Source of the DNA: Camelus dromedarius | Taxonomy: Eukaryota | Length of the DNA: 64,000 bases | Assembly (NCBI RefSeq): GCF_036321535.1 | Contig: NC_087436.1 | Coordinates: 15,190,001-15,254,000, forward strand | Direction of reading: 5' to 3' | In this document: one piece after another, positions 38,382 to 50,669 of the stretch | Position numbering within the stretch: the stretch's first letter is position 1 | Layout of the letters: each line of letters starts with the position of its first letter | Translations under genes and position numbers: made by a program | The notes under the pieces: generated by a model | Database searches by the model: none | What the model was told of the DNA's origin: nothing | Seen by the model: only the letters and a program-made list of their open reading frames with translations

Positions 38382-39950
38382 TAGGGAATTTTGTTTGATG
38401 TAGGATGGCCTAATGTTTTCCAAAGACCCGTCTTTATAATTCTAAGTCTAAACATCATCCATGTATTCATACGTTCATTGTCTCATTTCACACACATTTT
38501 AGAATAAATGCCAGAGTGTCTGGTGTGTGCCTTGAACTGAAACATAAAGATGAGCGATGCTCTTTGCCTTTGAGGAGTTTAAAGACAAGCTGGGGTGATG
38601 TGTCTTACACACAAGGAGAGTACTGTGGGATTGCTCCCAGGAAGGTCAGGTGCAGAGTATGGTTTTGGAACCCTGAGAAGGGACGCCTAATGCAGTAAGA
38701 GAAGGACTGTTGTGAGGAACTGGGGAGGGGGAATATTTGGATGAGGAAGGGTTGTTGTAAGAGGTGATGTCTGAGCTATCTGAGAAGTCAGGTTGGAGCC
38801 AGTTGGGTAAATGGAGGCAGAGGACGAGTCTAGTCAAAGGAAGCAGCATCAATCACATGATATTACAGTATAAGATCAACAATGACTGTGGTTTCCAAAA
38901 ATTAAGAAGTGGTCAGTAATGGAGAAGAAAGTCAGTTGCATCATGCTTTAAGTTAACTACCCATTTATCTACTTATTTTCACTGAAACCCAAGGAATGAC
39001 TAGATACATTGTACTCATGAACAAGACTTGTAGCATATATTTTCAAATAGACGGCTGAATTTTGAAGAAAAGGGTACAAGGAGCAAGGTGAGTATCTGGG
39101 CTAATAACTGGCCCATAGTCTGTCCAGGACATATAGTAACAACTGGGTGCGGGGTTTCCTGCCATCCTTGCAGGGAATGTGTGTATGTAGTGATTGGAGG
39201 TGGCAGGGGGTGACATTGTCCTGGGTGAGTTCCATACTCTCTAACATTTAATACAGGTGTAAACTGGTTGAATGGAGCAGTGGCAGGGGGGCGGGGGCAG
39301 AGGTTTACTTTTTCCAGAGTCACTGCCTGGAGTACAAGATCATGGGCAGTGCCTTCAACATGCCTGCTGTGCCCAGGCTTTGGTTGTACTGGGGCAGTGT
39401 CTCTGTCTTGGAACTTTTTCCTTACGTGTGCTTTTTGTCATGGAGGACTTCTATTCCTGTAGACCGTATATAGGGTCCCCTTTGATTTATTGTTGGGTCT
39501 TTCTGGGGGAAGACAAGTATAAAGGTGTCTGACCTGCCCTCCCTCCCTCTGGCTTAGAGCATCTGTTTATGGAGAGATTGTTTATGTTTGATAAGAGGCA
39601 ATTTTTCAGTTATAAATGTATGAATTCTTCTGTGGGCAGAGACTCAGAGTAGAAGTAAAGTAACCTCTATTTCAGACAAGTGAATGGAAAGCAGTTCATC
39701 ACAACACATCTCCTTTCTTCCATCTGAGCTGGAAACATTTTTTTCCACATGGTGCTTCATTATCAAGAGACTAGACATTGCTTCTGAGTTGTTTCTAAGT
39801 TTCTCCAGCTGGGAATGTAGTCTCTAGCAAGGTGTTTGCCATAGTTCACATTTAAAACATCTGTTTGCGGACAGACATGTTTTCTATAAATAGGCTCTTC
39901 AGTTGTGGCTAAATGGGGTCAAATGTTAGAGACAGTTCAAAATAACTGAA

Positions 39951-40106
39951 GCGGGAGGGTATAGCTCAGTGGTAAAGTGCATGCCTAGCAGGCACAAGAT
40001 CCTGGGTTCAATCCCCAGTACCTCCAGTAAAAATAAATAAATAAATAAACAAACAAACAAACAAACAAACCTAATCACCTCCCCTCCAAAAACAAAAAAC
40101 AAAATA
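39951..40106 (+). mobile_element. tRNA-derived SINE (Vic-1-like) in GATB intron 2
   Basis: GGGAGGGTATAGCTCAGTGGTAAAGTGC...GGTTCAATCCCCAGTACC, then (AAAT)n(AAAC)n, CCTAATCACCTCCCC and an A-tail. TSD AAAATAACTGAA / AAATTAACTGAA. Confidence 0.9.
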
Positions 40107-40789
40107 AAATTAACTGAATGTCAGCATGCTTTGAAAGACTTCTTGTTATGCACCAAGGAAGAAGATCCTTGCCCAGTGATAAGCATGTCAGCGTGACAGG
40201 GAAGGTGCCTGGGATACTGGAGCGTTGAGAGCTTGGCTTTCATTAATTAAAATACAGTCAAAAGCTAGAAATCCTGTTTTGCTTGAGCTGGGATTTGTTT
40301 TTCCTCTTCAGAGCCCACCACACTCATGCTTTGAGCAGCTTAATGGGTTATTCTCTCAACAGAGCTAATCTGATTCTTTTCAGAAATGTTTCTGTCTTTA
40401 AAAGACCAGTTTTGAGTATGTGACCCAAATTATACCAAAGCTACCTGAATAAAACGTTGTCATTCCCACAGCACTTCAAAACTCTATAATTTACCTATAT
40501 ACAGAATTTTAATATTCTGAAACATTTAGACAGTTGCCCTGTGAAGATGGTGTATTGATGCTCTGTTATTCTGACTCTGCATTTGGATATTTCTGTACGA
40601 AATATCATGACCATTGGTCACATACACTGATAAGAATTTAGGAAAGAGCCATCAAAAGAGTTTAGGTTATAGTGTAAAGTCTTCTTTTATAGACCAAATT
40701 CATTTGCTCTGCTGGCCCATTAAAGAAATAATGTGATAAAATGTGCCTTTCTGTTGGCATTTGATTCTCCCCTCCTCTTAGCTGTGTCT

Positions 40790-41500
40790 TTATTCATTTG
40801 TGCAACTGACATTTTTTGTATGCATACATGCACTAGCCATCATACAGGTTCTAGTGACACAGCTTTGAACACGGTAGAAGATGTGGGTCTTGTCTTCAGG
40901 GAGCTTGGACAGGTCAGCAGGCAACTGCAGTAGGTTTTAGTGAACATGTTGGGAATGGAAATACAGGGTGCTCTGGGAGCCCATAGGAGTGGCCTTCCAC
41001 ACAGATATAGGGTATTTGCAAAATTGGCCAAATAAAAGTGAATGAGATGTACAAAGACCAGAAGAAAAACAGGACATGGCTTGCTCTCGGAACTGAAAGA
41101 AGTTCCATGCATGGTAGTGTAGGAGTTGAACATGGTGTGGCAAGAGGTGAAGCTGGCGCGGAAAGCATAGTCTGTACCAGATAAGCCCCACTAAGGAGTG
41201 TGCTTCCCATTTGCAAAGAGGTAGGAAGATGTAAGGAGAGTACAGGGCCCAAAACTCAAGGAACAGCATGTTCTGAGAAGAAGAGAGAACAGTGGTGTTG
41301 ACCTTACTGAGATTCAAGTGAGGTGAGGACTAGGAAGTGGCCACTGGATTTGTCAGTGGCAGGGTCTCTTTGCAAGATGGGTTTCAGTGAGTGATGAGGG
41401 GAGAAGGGAGGTGGCAGAAGATGGAGACTTGGGGATGTTGAAGAAGGGATAAGAGTGTAGGCAACTATGTCAAGAAGTTTGATTAGGAGGAAAAAGGGAA
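40790..41500 (-). mobile_element. L2 relic
   Basis: TTATTCATTTG...GACATTTTTTG start and GTCTTCAGGGAGCTT. Later AAGTGAGGTGAGGACTAGGAAGTGGCCACTGGATTTG...GTTTCAGTGAGTGATGAGGG, typical of antisense L2. Confidence 0.6.
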
Positions 41501-41734
41501 GGCAGTAGGTGAGGAGACGGGGAATCTTTTTTTATTAGTTCCCTTTTCCCTCATATTGGAGAAACTTGAGAATGTTTAAGTGCTTGTGAGTTAAGTCAAC
41601 AATAATGCATCATCCACTTAAAAGTGTGTTAAGAGGGTAGATCTTAGATTGAGTGTTTTTACTGCAGTAAAATAAAATTTTTTTAATGCTGATGAGAAAG
41701 GGATACTGACGGAGGGACAGTTAAAGGAGCTTTT

Positions 41735-43850
41735 GGTTAGTATGGCAGAGTGAATACATACATTTTAGTCTGTGTCTCTCCCCACCCCAGAGAACCCCAC
41801 TAAAATGATAGTGAAAGGATTCAAAAGTTCTAAACCCAAAAGAGGGTGAGATAGGAGACCAGAGTGTATGAGAGATGGTAGATGGAGGAAGGCCTGACTT
41901 AAAAGAATGGAGTTCAGTGAACCCAAGAGAGGGACTGAAAGCCTGCAGAAAGGGACACTAGTGAGAAATGAGCTGGTGTGCCCTACGCAACCCAGGAGGG
42001 GTCTGAATGTGAGATCCGTGGGTATTGTGGGAGGCCGGGGCTGGTGGCAAGAGGAGGATTAATTCAGAGACTGGATACAGAGCAGGTAGACCCGGGGTCA
42101 TCCCCTGCCTTACCCCAACAGGAATCTATAGTTTGGGGAGAAATGCAGCCGGGGACACACTCCCCCTGGGGCCTGAGGCAGAGCAAGAGGCACTAGTGTC
42201 AGATGTCATCTGTGCTCTGAGCCCCAGGGCCTGCCCAGTCCTTTCCCTGCCCTGTTTGAGGCGCTCACATGACCTGGTACAGCCATCTCTCCTCTTCCTT
42301 GCCTCTCCTAAGCAGGAATCCATGGGCACTTGTTTGGAGATGATACGTTCCTAGAGGGAGGAACTTCTGATATTGACATTTGGGGAGATCTCAATAAAAA
42401 AGCTGCCTGGCCACCTGATTGTCCCAGAATGAAGGCCACCAGTCAGTAAGCCCTGGACATTTAAATAGAACTTGTAATCAGCATTTTAGTACCTTACTTT
42501 AAAATATTAATCAATAGCCCACGTCACCAGACATTTGAAGAAATTTTCCTACATAATGGACAGAGCCCAAAATACCAAGAAAACTGAAAGAAATAACAGG
42601 CAGCAGATAATGCATAGGGTAAAAGAATACTTTAAAAATTAAAAGCTTTTTTAAATATCCTCAGGGAGATAAGAAAAAGTAGCTTGCATCCTTGCAACAA
42701 GAACACGATACTACTTTTTAAAAACAAATAATCAAAACAAAAGCTCTTAGAAATTAAAACTATGGCGTGGGGAAAAGAAAACCCCAGAAGAGTCAGAAGA
42801 TAAAAATCAAGAAAATTTTCCAGAAAGTATAACACACATACAGTGAGTTGAACAACCAGGGGAAAAATTAGAGAATTAGAGAATCAATCCAGGATGTCCA
42901 ACATCTGATTAATAGGAGTTCCAGAAGAGAGAACATAGGTAAGAGGAGACTATCAAGCAAGTAACACAGATTAACTTCCCAGGACATGAGTCTCCAAATC
43001 AGAAGGGCCTGCCAGCGACCTGGTTCAAGGAATAAAAATAGCCTCCCATGCAGGCCCGTCATCCCGAAGTGCAGGAACGCATCCAGGGATAAAGATAAGA
43101 TACCAGAACGTAACAGAGAAGAAAAGAAAAGTCACATGCAGAGGACGGGGAATCAGAAAGGCACTGCGAACGTCTAAAAGCAGCACTTAAAGCTGGGAGA
43201 CAATGGAACCTGCCTTTAAAAATCTTAGAGGGGAGGAAATCATTCTAACCTAGACTTCTGTATCTAGCACTAGAAATCAAGTGTGGCGGTAGAATAATGA
43301 TATTTTCAAACAGGCATTTTCTAAAAAAAAAAAAAAATTGTCCTTTCATTACATGGGAACCTACTGGAGTCAACAGAGAGGTTTGGGACTGTGGGCTCTG
43401 CAACTGACCCAGAGGACTTGGTGGAGAGGAGGAGGTGGTGCCGGAACAGAGAAATTTCAAGAAAAAAAGGGAGGTGGGGTGGAAACAGCAGATATCGAAT
43501 GCTTGTGTAGATGAGATTTTTACATAGAAACTGGAGTTTGTGAGACTAATAAGCAATAGGCAGTAAAAAAAAAAAAAAAAAAAAAGCAAATGATAAAATG
43601 AAAGACTTATCAACTCCAGGAAAAAAACAAAACGTTCAGGAAGGGAAATGTAATGGGAGTATATACTTAACAGCTCAGTGGAGAAACATATTTACATAAT
43701 AATAATAGAAACACCAAGCATTCATTTGACAAGTGTAATTGGGATATTGGCAAGTATAAGAACTAAATTCCTATCTACCATGATTGGAAGTCATGTCCTA
43801 AATTGATAAAGTGAGAAAAAAGTAATGTAAGAATATACTCTAGGAACATT
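41735..43850 (+). mobile_element. HAL1-like element (ORF1-only L1 relative), decayed
   Basis: 5' end ATGGCAGAGTGAATACATACATTT...GAACCCCACTAAAATGATAGTGAAAG. ORF1-like core GAGAATCAATCCAGGATGTCCAACATCTGATTAATAGGAGTTCCAGAAG...CAGGGATAAAGATAAGATACC. No ORF2 homology seen downstream. Confidence 0.6.
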
Positions 43851-46800
43851 TTTGGCCACAGATTATGGGAGGCCACTATTTCAGGCCCTAAGTTGATTGA
43901 TTGCTTTTTGTTTTTGTTTTTTGGCTGTTATTATTTCTTTCAGTTTTAAAAAATTTTTTAAATAAGGTAACGAACGAGTGAAAGATTTAGAGCCTTCAAG
44001 AGACAGATTATTAGTCAAAAGATTTTTCAAAGAAGTTTTAAAAATTTCTATATAAAATATTAAGTAATAATCAAATATTACCTCTGCTGGTTTCTCAGCC
44101 TCCTGCTGGAGAAATTTCTCTTTTTTTGTTCCTAGAATCCAAATGTGACAGAATTGCACCCATCCGCCCACCTGTAACTCCCACCCTTTCCCTGCTCTTC
44201 CGGGAAATAGACTCATTCACGTTCTAGATCTTTCACACCCAAGTTCAAGCATGTGGTGGGACTTTCTGCTTCCCCCATGGGTGAGATGACCTATCTCCCT
44301 ACCAGCCTGACTTTGTGACTTCAGTGTTGTCCAGGTCATCATGGGGTTGTACTTAAGAGTGGCTTATTTTATTCTTGAGTGATGTGATAAAGCAGCAAGC
44401 ATGGGTAAATTCTATGGGACAGAATAAGATATAAAAGTATCAAATAAGATATAAAAGAAGTATCAAAAACTTCTCACCTTGGAACTTACATAAATTATCT
44501 CTTGGGCCTGGAATGGGCCAAGTCTTGTGGCTCCAGGTTCTAAGGACAAGAACATGGGGTCATTGGGACAGTTTGTCAAGTCTGTCTTTTCCCCAGATTC
44601 AGGAAAAATTGTCACATGGCAAAGGGCCAGGAGCCTTGGCCAGAAAGTGATGGATTTTCCGAAGGTCCCCTCCCACAGCATTTTATTTAAAAATAGGAAG
44701 ATAAATACTGGACATGACATCTCAGAAGATCTACAGGTGGTTCAGGTTTGGCGGGGGAGGGTGGTGGGAACTGCGTTTTTTCATTATAAATTACTTCAAA
44801 ATATATGCCAGTAATATTTTCTTAAACAATTGAAGTCTAGTTTTAAAGGAGTGACATATCTCGGAGAGGAACTTCTTGATAGTATCAGGCTCCTAAGAAA
44901 ACAGGAGCTGTCCTTGGAGCACAGGGAGAAAGATGGCTCTCAGAGAAGGTGGCCCCTTCCACCCATGGCTGAAGGTACTTTTGGGTAGGGTCATGGAAGG
45001 TTGAGGAAGCTCCCATCTGATTTTTCCTTCTCTAGCAAACACTGTCTCTTGCATCTCGCTCTCCTGTTTGGTGCTCTTTCCCGCCTCCGTCAACGTCTCT
45101 TGCATTCTGGGTCTCTGAGCCATCCCCTCTCTCTGCTCTTCTGTGCCTCCAGTCGTCCCTGTTTCTCCCTGGCTCTTGTGTGATAGTCTCGGATTCCAGG
45201 CTGACTGTTTTTCCCTGCCACCCCCACCCCGACACTTCGAAGACGTGGTTCCATTGTCCTCGGGCATCTATTACTGCTGACGAGGAGTCTGCATCCTTTG
45301 TAGGAAGTCTGTCTTTCCTCTCTGATAGCTTCAGCCAGAATCCTGTGTCCTGGTGTGGGTTTGTTTTTATTTATTCTGCTCTGTACTGATTCCTTCAGTG
45401 TGATTCCCCCACCCCAGCAGACTTGCCCCTGGAAGTGGTGGTGTCTCTGGGATGAGTTCATGGTGGCTCGTCAGGGCCCATCGGGCTTTATTGAATGAAC
45501 AGTTCCTCTGTTCATTTAATAGCCCCCAGCAGAGCCCAGCCTGGATGGGGCCACGTTTCAAGCCCCACATCCACGCCAGGAACAGGGCCTCTGATTGCTC
45601 AGGACTCCCTTTTTACCTGCACCCTGAGGTGAGTGGTGTCTTCCTTATCAACTCCTCAGTGGGTGGCAGAAGATTTTCTGGCTGGACCAGGACTCTGTGG
45701 CTCCCAGCCTTCCCTGCCCCAGTGGACTCCCAGCCTTGACTTCAGCTCCTGGGGTGCTCTGAATCGCCAGTGTCTGGTGTCTCTTCAGCCTGGTTAACAG
45801 TAACAGTAAAATCCGCTCACATTTGCTGAGTGCCTTCTTTATGTGCGTTAACTTATTTTAACTGGTAAACTCTAGGAGGCAGTTCCTGCCATTATCCCAG
45901 TTAGAAAACAAGTGGAGAAGCCAGATTCAAACCCTGTAGTCCAAGTTCATGCTCTTAACCCCTTTGCCGTCCTGCGTCTCACAGTTACCCCTGGATGTAA
46001 ACTTCCACTTCTGCCGTGAGCCCCAGGAGAGTTCCTTTCTTGCTTTCGAGCTTGGCTGCATGTAGTTAGAAATTTCACTTGTGTGTAAATGTCTGTGTGT
46101 AGAGACATAATTCTAGCCCTCACCCCCATCTCCGCCCCCGTCTCAGCATGCCTGTGCCCTCAACACTGTATCCCTTAGGCTACTGTCCTCGCCAGTAGTT
46201 GCAACCTCCCCCCACCTCCCCAGTTTGATTAGTGACTCTTGTTCTGAATGTTTCTTAGGACTACAGGCATTTTATCTTCTTGTTTTACCTTTAATGTTAG
46301 ACTTATGTGGAATCTCATCATAAATCTTGAGACTGAAAAGGTCATTCAGCCTATTTTCCTTCTTGTAGGCAGGATTACAGCTAAACTAAGGACAGCATCT
46401 TTGTTTTTATTAGCAGGCATTCCGCTTCACTCATTACCTTGACCTCATAAAGCCTCTTACTCTGGTACAGAATCATCCTAAATTTATTAAATAAATATCT
46501 GTCTACAGAATTATAGACAGAATCTTAGGTTATTTGCTTAGAGTCAGTTATTTACTATTTATCAATGCCATTCCAATTCTCTACTCCTAATTTTGTGTAT
46601 GTGAGATGTGAAATGGAAAGAAAAAGGGAAAAGAAAATAGATTTGTTTGATAAAATGTAGTGAGAGTTACAACTCTGTTTCATAATTTGCTCATGTTTCC
46701 AGTAAGGGCGAGATTTCAGCAAGGCATCAAGTTTATGTCACATTTATGCATGTGCAAACCACTTGCACACGCACACACACACTCACTCTCTGTTATTTGA

Positions 46801-48077
46801 AGTGCTTGCCCATTCCTGCTGTCAGTCCCTGTGCAGGAGAAAGCAAAGAGGACTTTGTCGCTCTGCTGATGCCGGCTGGTGGGTGGCTCAGCTGTGGCCC
46901 TGGGGTAAGGGCTCCTGATGATCGGGTTGAGCCCCGTTCCATGGATTAGAAACTGGTAACTCTGCTCCTGCTTTGCTTGTTTGAAAGCTCTTGAACACGG
47001 AACCCCCTAGTAACTATGACTGTCTCTTGCTTCCAGTGCTGGGGCGAGGGCTGCTGGAGCCCTTTTCCACACACGTATGCGAGAATATTCTCCCCTTTTC
47101 TCAGGATCGGCCCGTCTGGAAAAGCATTTGGGGTTTTCCATATCAAAGGTGTCCGAGATGGGCCCTGGCCACTGGGGCATGAAAACTGGAGCTAGGATGT
47201 TGTTCACCCCGTTTTACAAAACTTTCTTTTATTCACCAGAGTGTTACTACTATTAGCAGAGCCGAAGGGGAGTGAAGAGGGAGGCAGATCTGATGTGAAT
47301 AAATCTGATGGGATGCTTGTCCCCTGGGGACTGGCAGACAATGCAGTTACTGTGTTTCATGCCGGAGGCTCCTTCATGAACGTCTATGCACATCGCTCTG
47401 AGAGGGACCCTGCCCTTTAGAGAAATGATAATATGGATGCTTTTATAAGATACTTTGAGATTAATTTATTTTTAAAATTTCTTATGGCAGATTTATTTAA
47501 AGTTGGGTAAATCTGCAGTCGTGTAGCTCTCTGAACATAGCAGATATGGGTAATAACTTTTGTTTTAAAGGCCCTGATGGATTTAGAAATACTTAACTAG
47601 TTCTGGAGGGCATTGGGCCGAAGCGCTTTTCTGACCCTTAATTCTAAATGTAATTATGAAAGTTGTTTTTAACTCAAAACCTCTAAACGAAATAAAAATT
47701 CAAGAAAAGAGCATTTGAGAAAAGTGTTTAAATGCATACATTTATAATCAGATCTGTATTTACCTCTCCATTCACACTTAGATGATGTTGAGTTATTTGA
47801 CTAAGAAGACAAAGTGTGATGGTTTTCTATTAAAATGTTTTTCCATTTCAATGATTTGCTTTAGTGTAATCTGTACAACTTATAATTACATTGTGTTCTC
47901 AGACGCTGATCTTGCCTCTCTCTGGGCCACTCTTACAGTTTTCCTTCATTCCTTAGTACAGCCGGGTGTTCCGGGATGCGGTGTTCTGCCCCGGGACCCT
48001 TGCGTCTACCAAGGAGGTGTGGCTGTGAGCTCATGCACACGGATGTGGAGAGGTTGCCTTTCAGCTCTTAGACTCTT

Positions 48078-48301
48078 TTTTTTTGAAGTATAGTTGATTT
48101 ACAATGTTGTGTTAGTTTCTGGTGTACAGTCTGCCCACTTTTTTGATTGAGTTGTTTGTTCTTTTGTTATTGAGCCATATGAGCTGTTTATATATTCTGA
48201 AGTTAAGCCCTTGTCAGTCATGTCATTTGCAAAAATTTTCTCCCAGTCCATAGATTGTCTTTTCTTTTTATGGTTTCCTTTGCTGTGCGAAAGCTAATAA
48301 G
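48078..48301 (-). mobile_element. Short internally deleted L1 insertion
   Basis: 16-bp TSD CAGCTCTTAGACTCTT (48062-48077) / CAGCTCTTAAACTCTT (48302-48317). The L1 extreme 3' end is fused at ~48130 to late-ORF2 sequence. Confidence 0.85.
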
Positions 48302-50326
48302 CAGCTCTTAAACTCTTCTGATGGTCCAGACTTGCCCTCTGACGTCATTAACTGGATGTCTCCCATGGACTCAGATGACTCATGACAGTGATGGACCTTC
48401 ACGTCCAGTAGCAGCATGACCTCACCTCCCCTCACGGAAGCATTTGACTCCTTCCCAGCCAGGGATCTTTTTCCAGCATCCAGTGGGTTGTTGAAAGGCT
48501 CCCGCACAACCATTCTCCTTTCCCCCGCCCCTCTGCCAGTCTCACATGCAGTATCCCCAGATGAACTCTGACTGTGAACACCGGTGCTTCTACGTTTTAT
48601 CAATATTTGTTTCATACAGTTGATTGACTATCCTTTATATATGTTGTTTGTAGGGTCTTCTGTGTTGGATTATGAGGTTCTAAAGAGCAGTTTGTGGTTC
48701 TTTCTTGGGCCACTTGACAGTGCCTTGCACAGAACATGTATATAATCCCCATAATAAGTATTTCTCTATATAATTGCGTACATTTATGTGCACACACATG
48801 GGTCCGCATGAAAGAATTTTCCAGGTATCTAGGATCTTTTTGATGTTTTTAAACTTCTTTATGGGAATCTTTCTAAAAAGCATTTTATACTTTTCTGCTT
48901 TTAAATAGGGTATACTGAACATGAACTAACCTTTTCTTGATTACTCAAGCTTATCAGCAACATGCTGTTGTAATATAATGGTGCCTCCAAGGTCTGTTGA
49001 GGTGTGTAACGTTATCTGATCCTACAGTAAATGGCTAAAGATAGGCATTCTTTTTAGGTTTCATATTACAGTCTTTTCCCTTGTTATTGCAGTCACCTTC
49101 CCCTCACCTCCATTGTTAAGCTACTGTCAGTAGACTTGATCCTGGGAACCCCTTCTTGCTCATTTTTCACTGCTCAGTTACTACTTCTGATCTGCTCTGG
49201 CCCAGAAAGCCAGATTACCACCTTTCTCAATGTAAGAACAGGCTCTGAGCAGTGACCTGACCTACAGAATAAAGCACGTGAGTGGTAAGAAACTAGTCAG
49301 CTTCCTGAAGTTATCAGCAGTGTGAGAACTGAGTGGGAAGCCATCCTGGAAATCATTCAGTTTAGTCCTTTTGATTTTAGCTTAGATGAGAGAACTGCTG
49401 TTGTGACTTGCCCAATGATCACGCAGTTATTTAATGTCCCAAACAGATTAGAACTCATGTTTCTGATGTCAGTTGAATACTCACTTCCCAGTCTCTGTTC
49501 TGCCATAATTCTGTCCTACTGTAATTGCTGCAAGTCCAGTCTATGTAGGTGCTATTATTTTGCAGGTATGTGTATATTTTTAAAAAATGAATACCATTAA
49601 TGGATGTACATGTGATATGTTTATAGGTGTACATCCACGTGCTTTCGCACAGAGGCACTGACTTTTGACACCGATTGTAAGCACTGTTTATTACAGTGTC
49701 CACTTGGTGAGAGATCTCAATCTGGGGAGAGAGAAAAGAGGAAAAGAGTGCTGCTTCAGAGGAAGGAATGGGTGAAAGGAGATGTAACCTAAGAAGCTAC
49801 AGGTTCAGTGCCCCGGGCACTGGATTTCTCTAGATCCACTGCTAAGAGAGCAGCTCTGACTCTGAGCAGACCCGGCTGTACATCTCACCATGCAAACAGT
49901 GGCCACAATGGAAAATTCTTTTAGGGACTTTTATCTGTGTTTGATTCTGGGATATTTTCTCTACACTTTCTTCCAGTTCACTAATTTTCCTTTGCTCTGC
50001 TCTTTAATATGTCCATGGAGGTTTTTTTTTATTGCACTGAAAGTAACTTTTGTAATAGAAACTCTCTTTTTCTCTTTTAAGTCTCTTGTCTTTTTGAAAG
50101 TATCTTATTCCTTTTTCATGAATTCAGTTCTTTATTTCTTTGGTAATTTTAAATTACTTATTTTAGAGTCTGTGTTCAGAAATTCTGTTGCCTCAAGTGC
50201 TTGGGCTGTCTTGTTCTGCTTTTTATGTGTCTGCTGATTCTGGCTAATGGTAGATGATCTTCTTGGGCATTTTGTCATTTTGGATTATGAAGTCATGTTT
50301 AACAGTGTTTTGTTAGTGGGAATCCT

Positions 50327-50669
50327 TTGTTTTAATTGAAGTATAGCCAGTTTACAATGTTGTATCATTTTCTAGTGTACAGCATCATGTTTCAGTCATA
50401 TATATACAAATATATTCTTTTTCATTATAGGTTACTACAAGGTACTGAATATAGTTCCCTGTGCTGTGCAGTACAAACTTGTTTATCTATTTTATATATC
50501 ATAGTTAGTATCTGCAAATCTTTTACTCCTATTTTATCCTTTCCCATCCTCTTTCCCCTCCCAGAAACCATGAGTTTGTTTTCTGTGTCTGCGAGTCTGT
50601 TTCTGTTTTGTGAATAAGTTCATTTGTGTCTTTTTTTTAGATGCCACATATACGTGATACCATAGGGTA
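50327..50669 (-). mobile_element. 5'-truncated L1 (3'UTR plus ORF2 end)
   Basis: Perfect 16-bp TSD TGTTAGTGGGAATCCT (50311-50326; 50670-50685). The interior is L1 3'UTR, similar to 54965-55300 and 61360-61730. Confidence 0.9.

Noticed and set aside
39951..40025. tRNA gene
   Set aside because: The tRNA-like head is followed by a SINE body, A-rich tail and TSD, and the three copies are mutually diverged. These are SINEs, not functional tRNAs.
44423..44465. 20-bp AT-rich duplication AATAAGATATAAAAG(AAG)TATCA
   Set aside because: Real but ordinary slippage event with no functional context.
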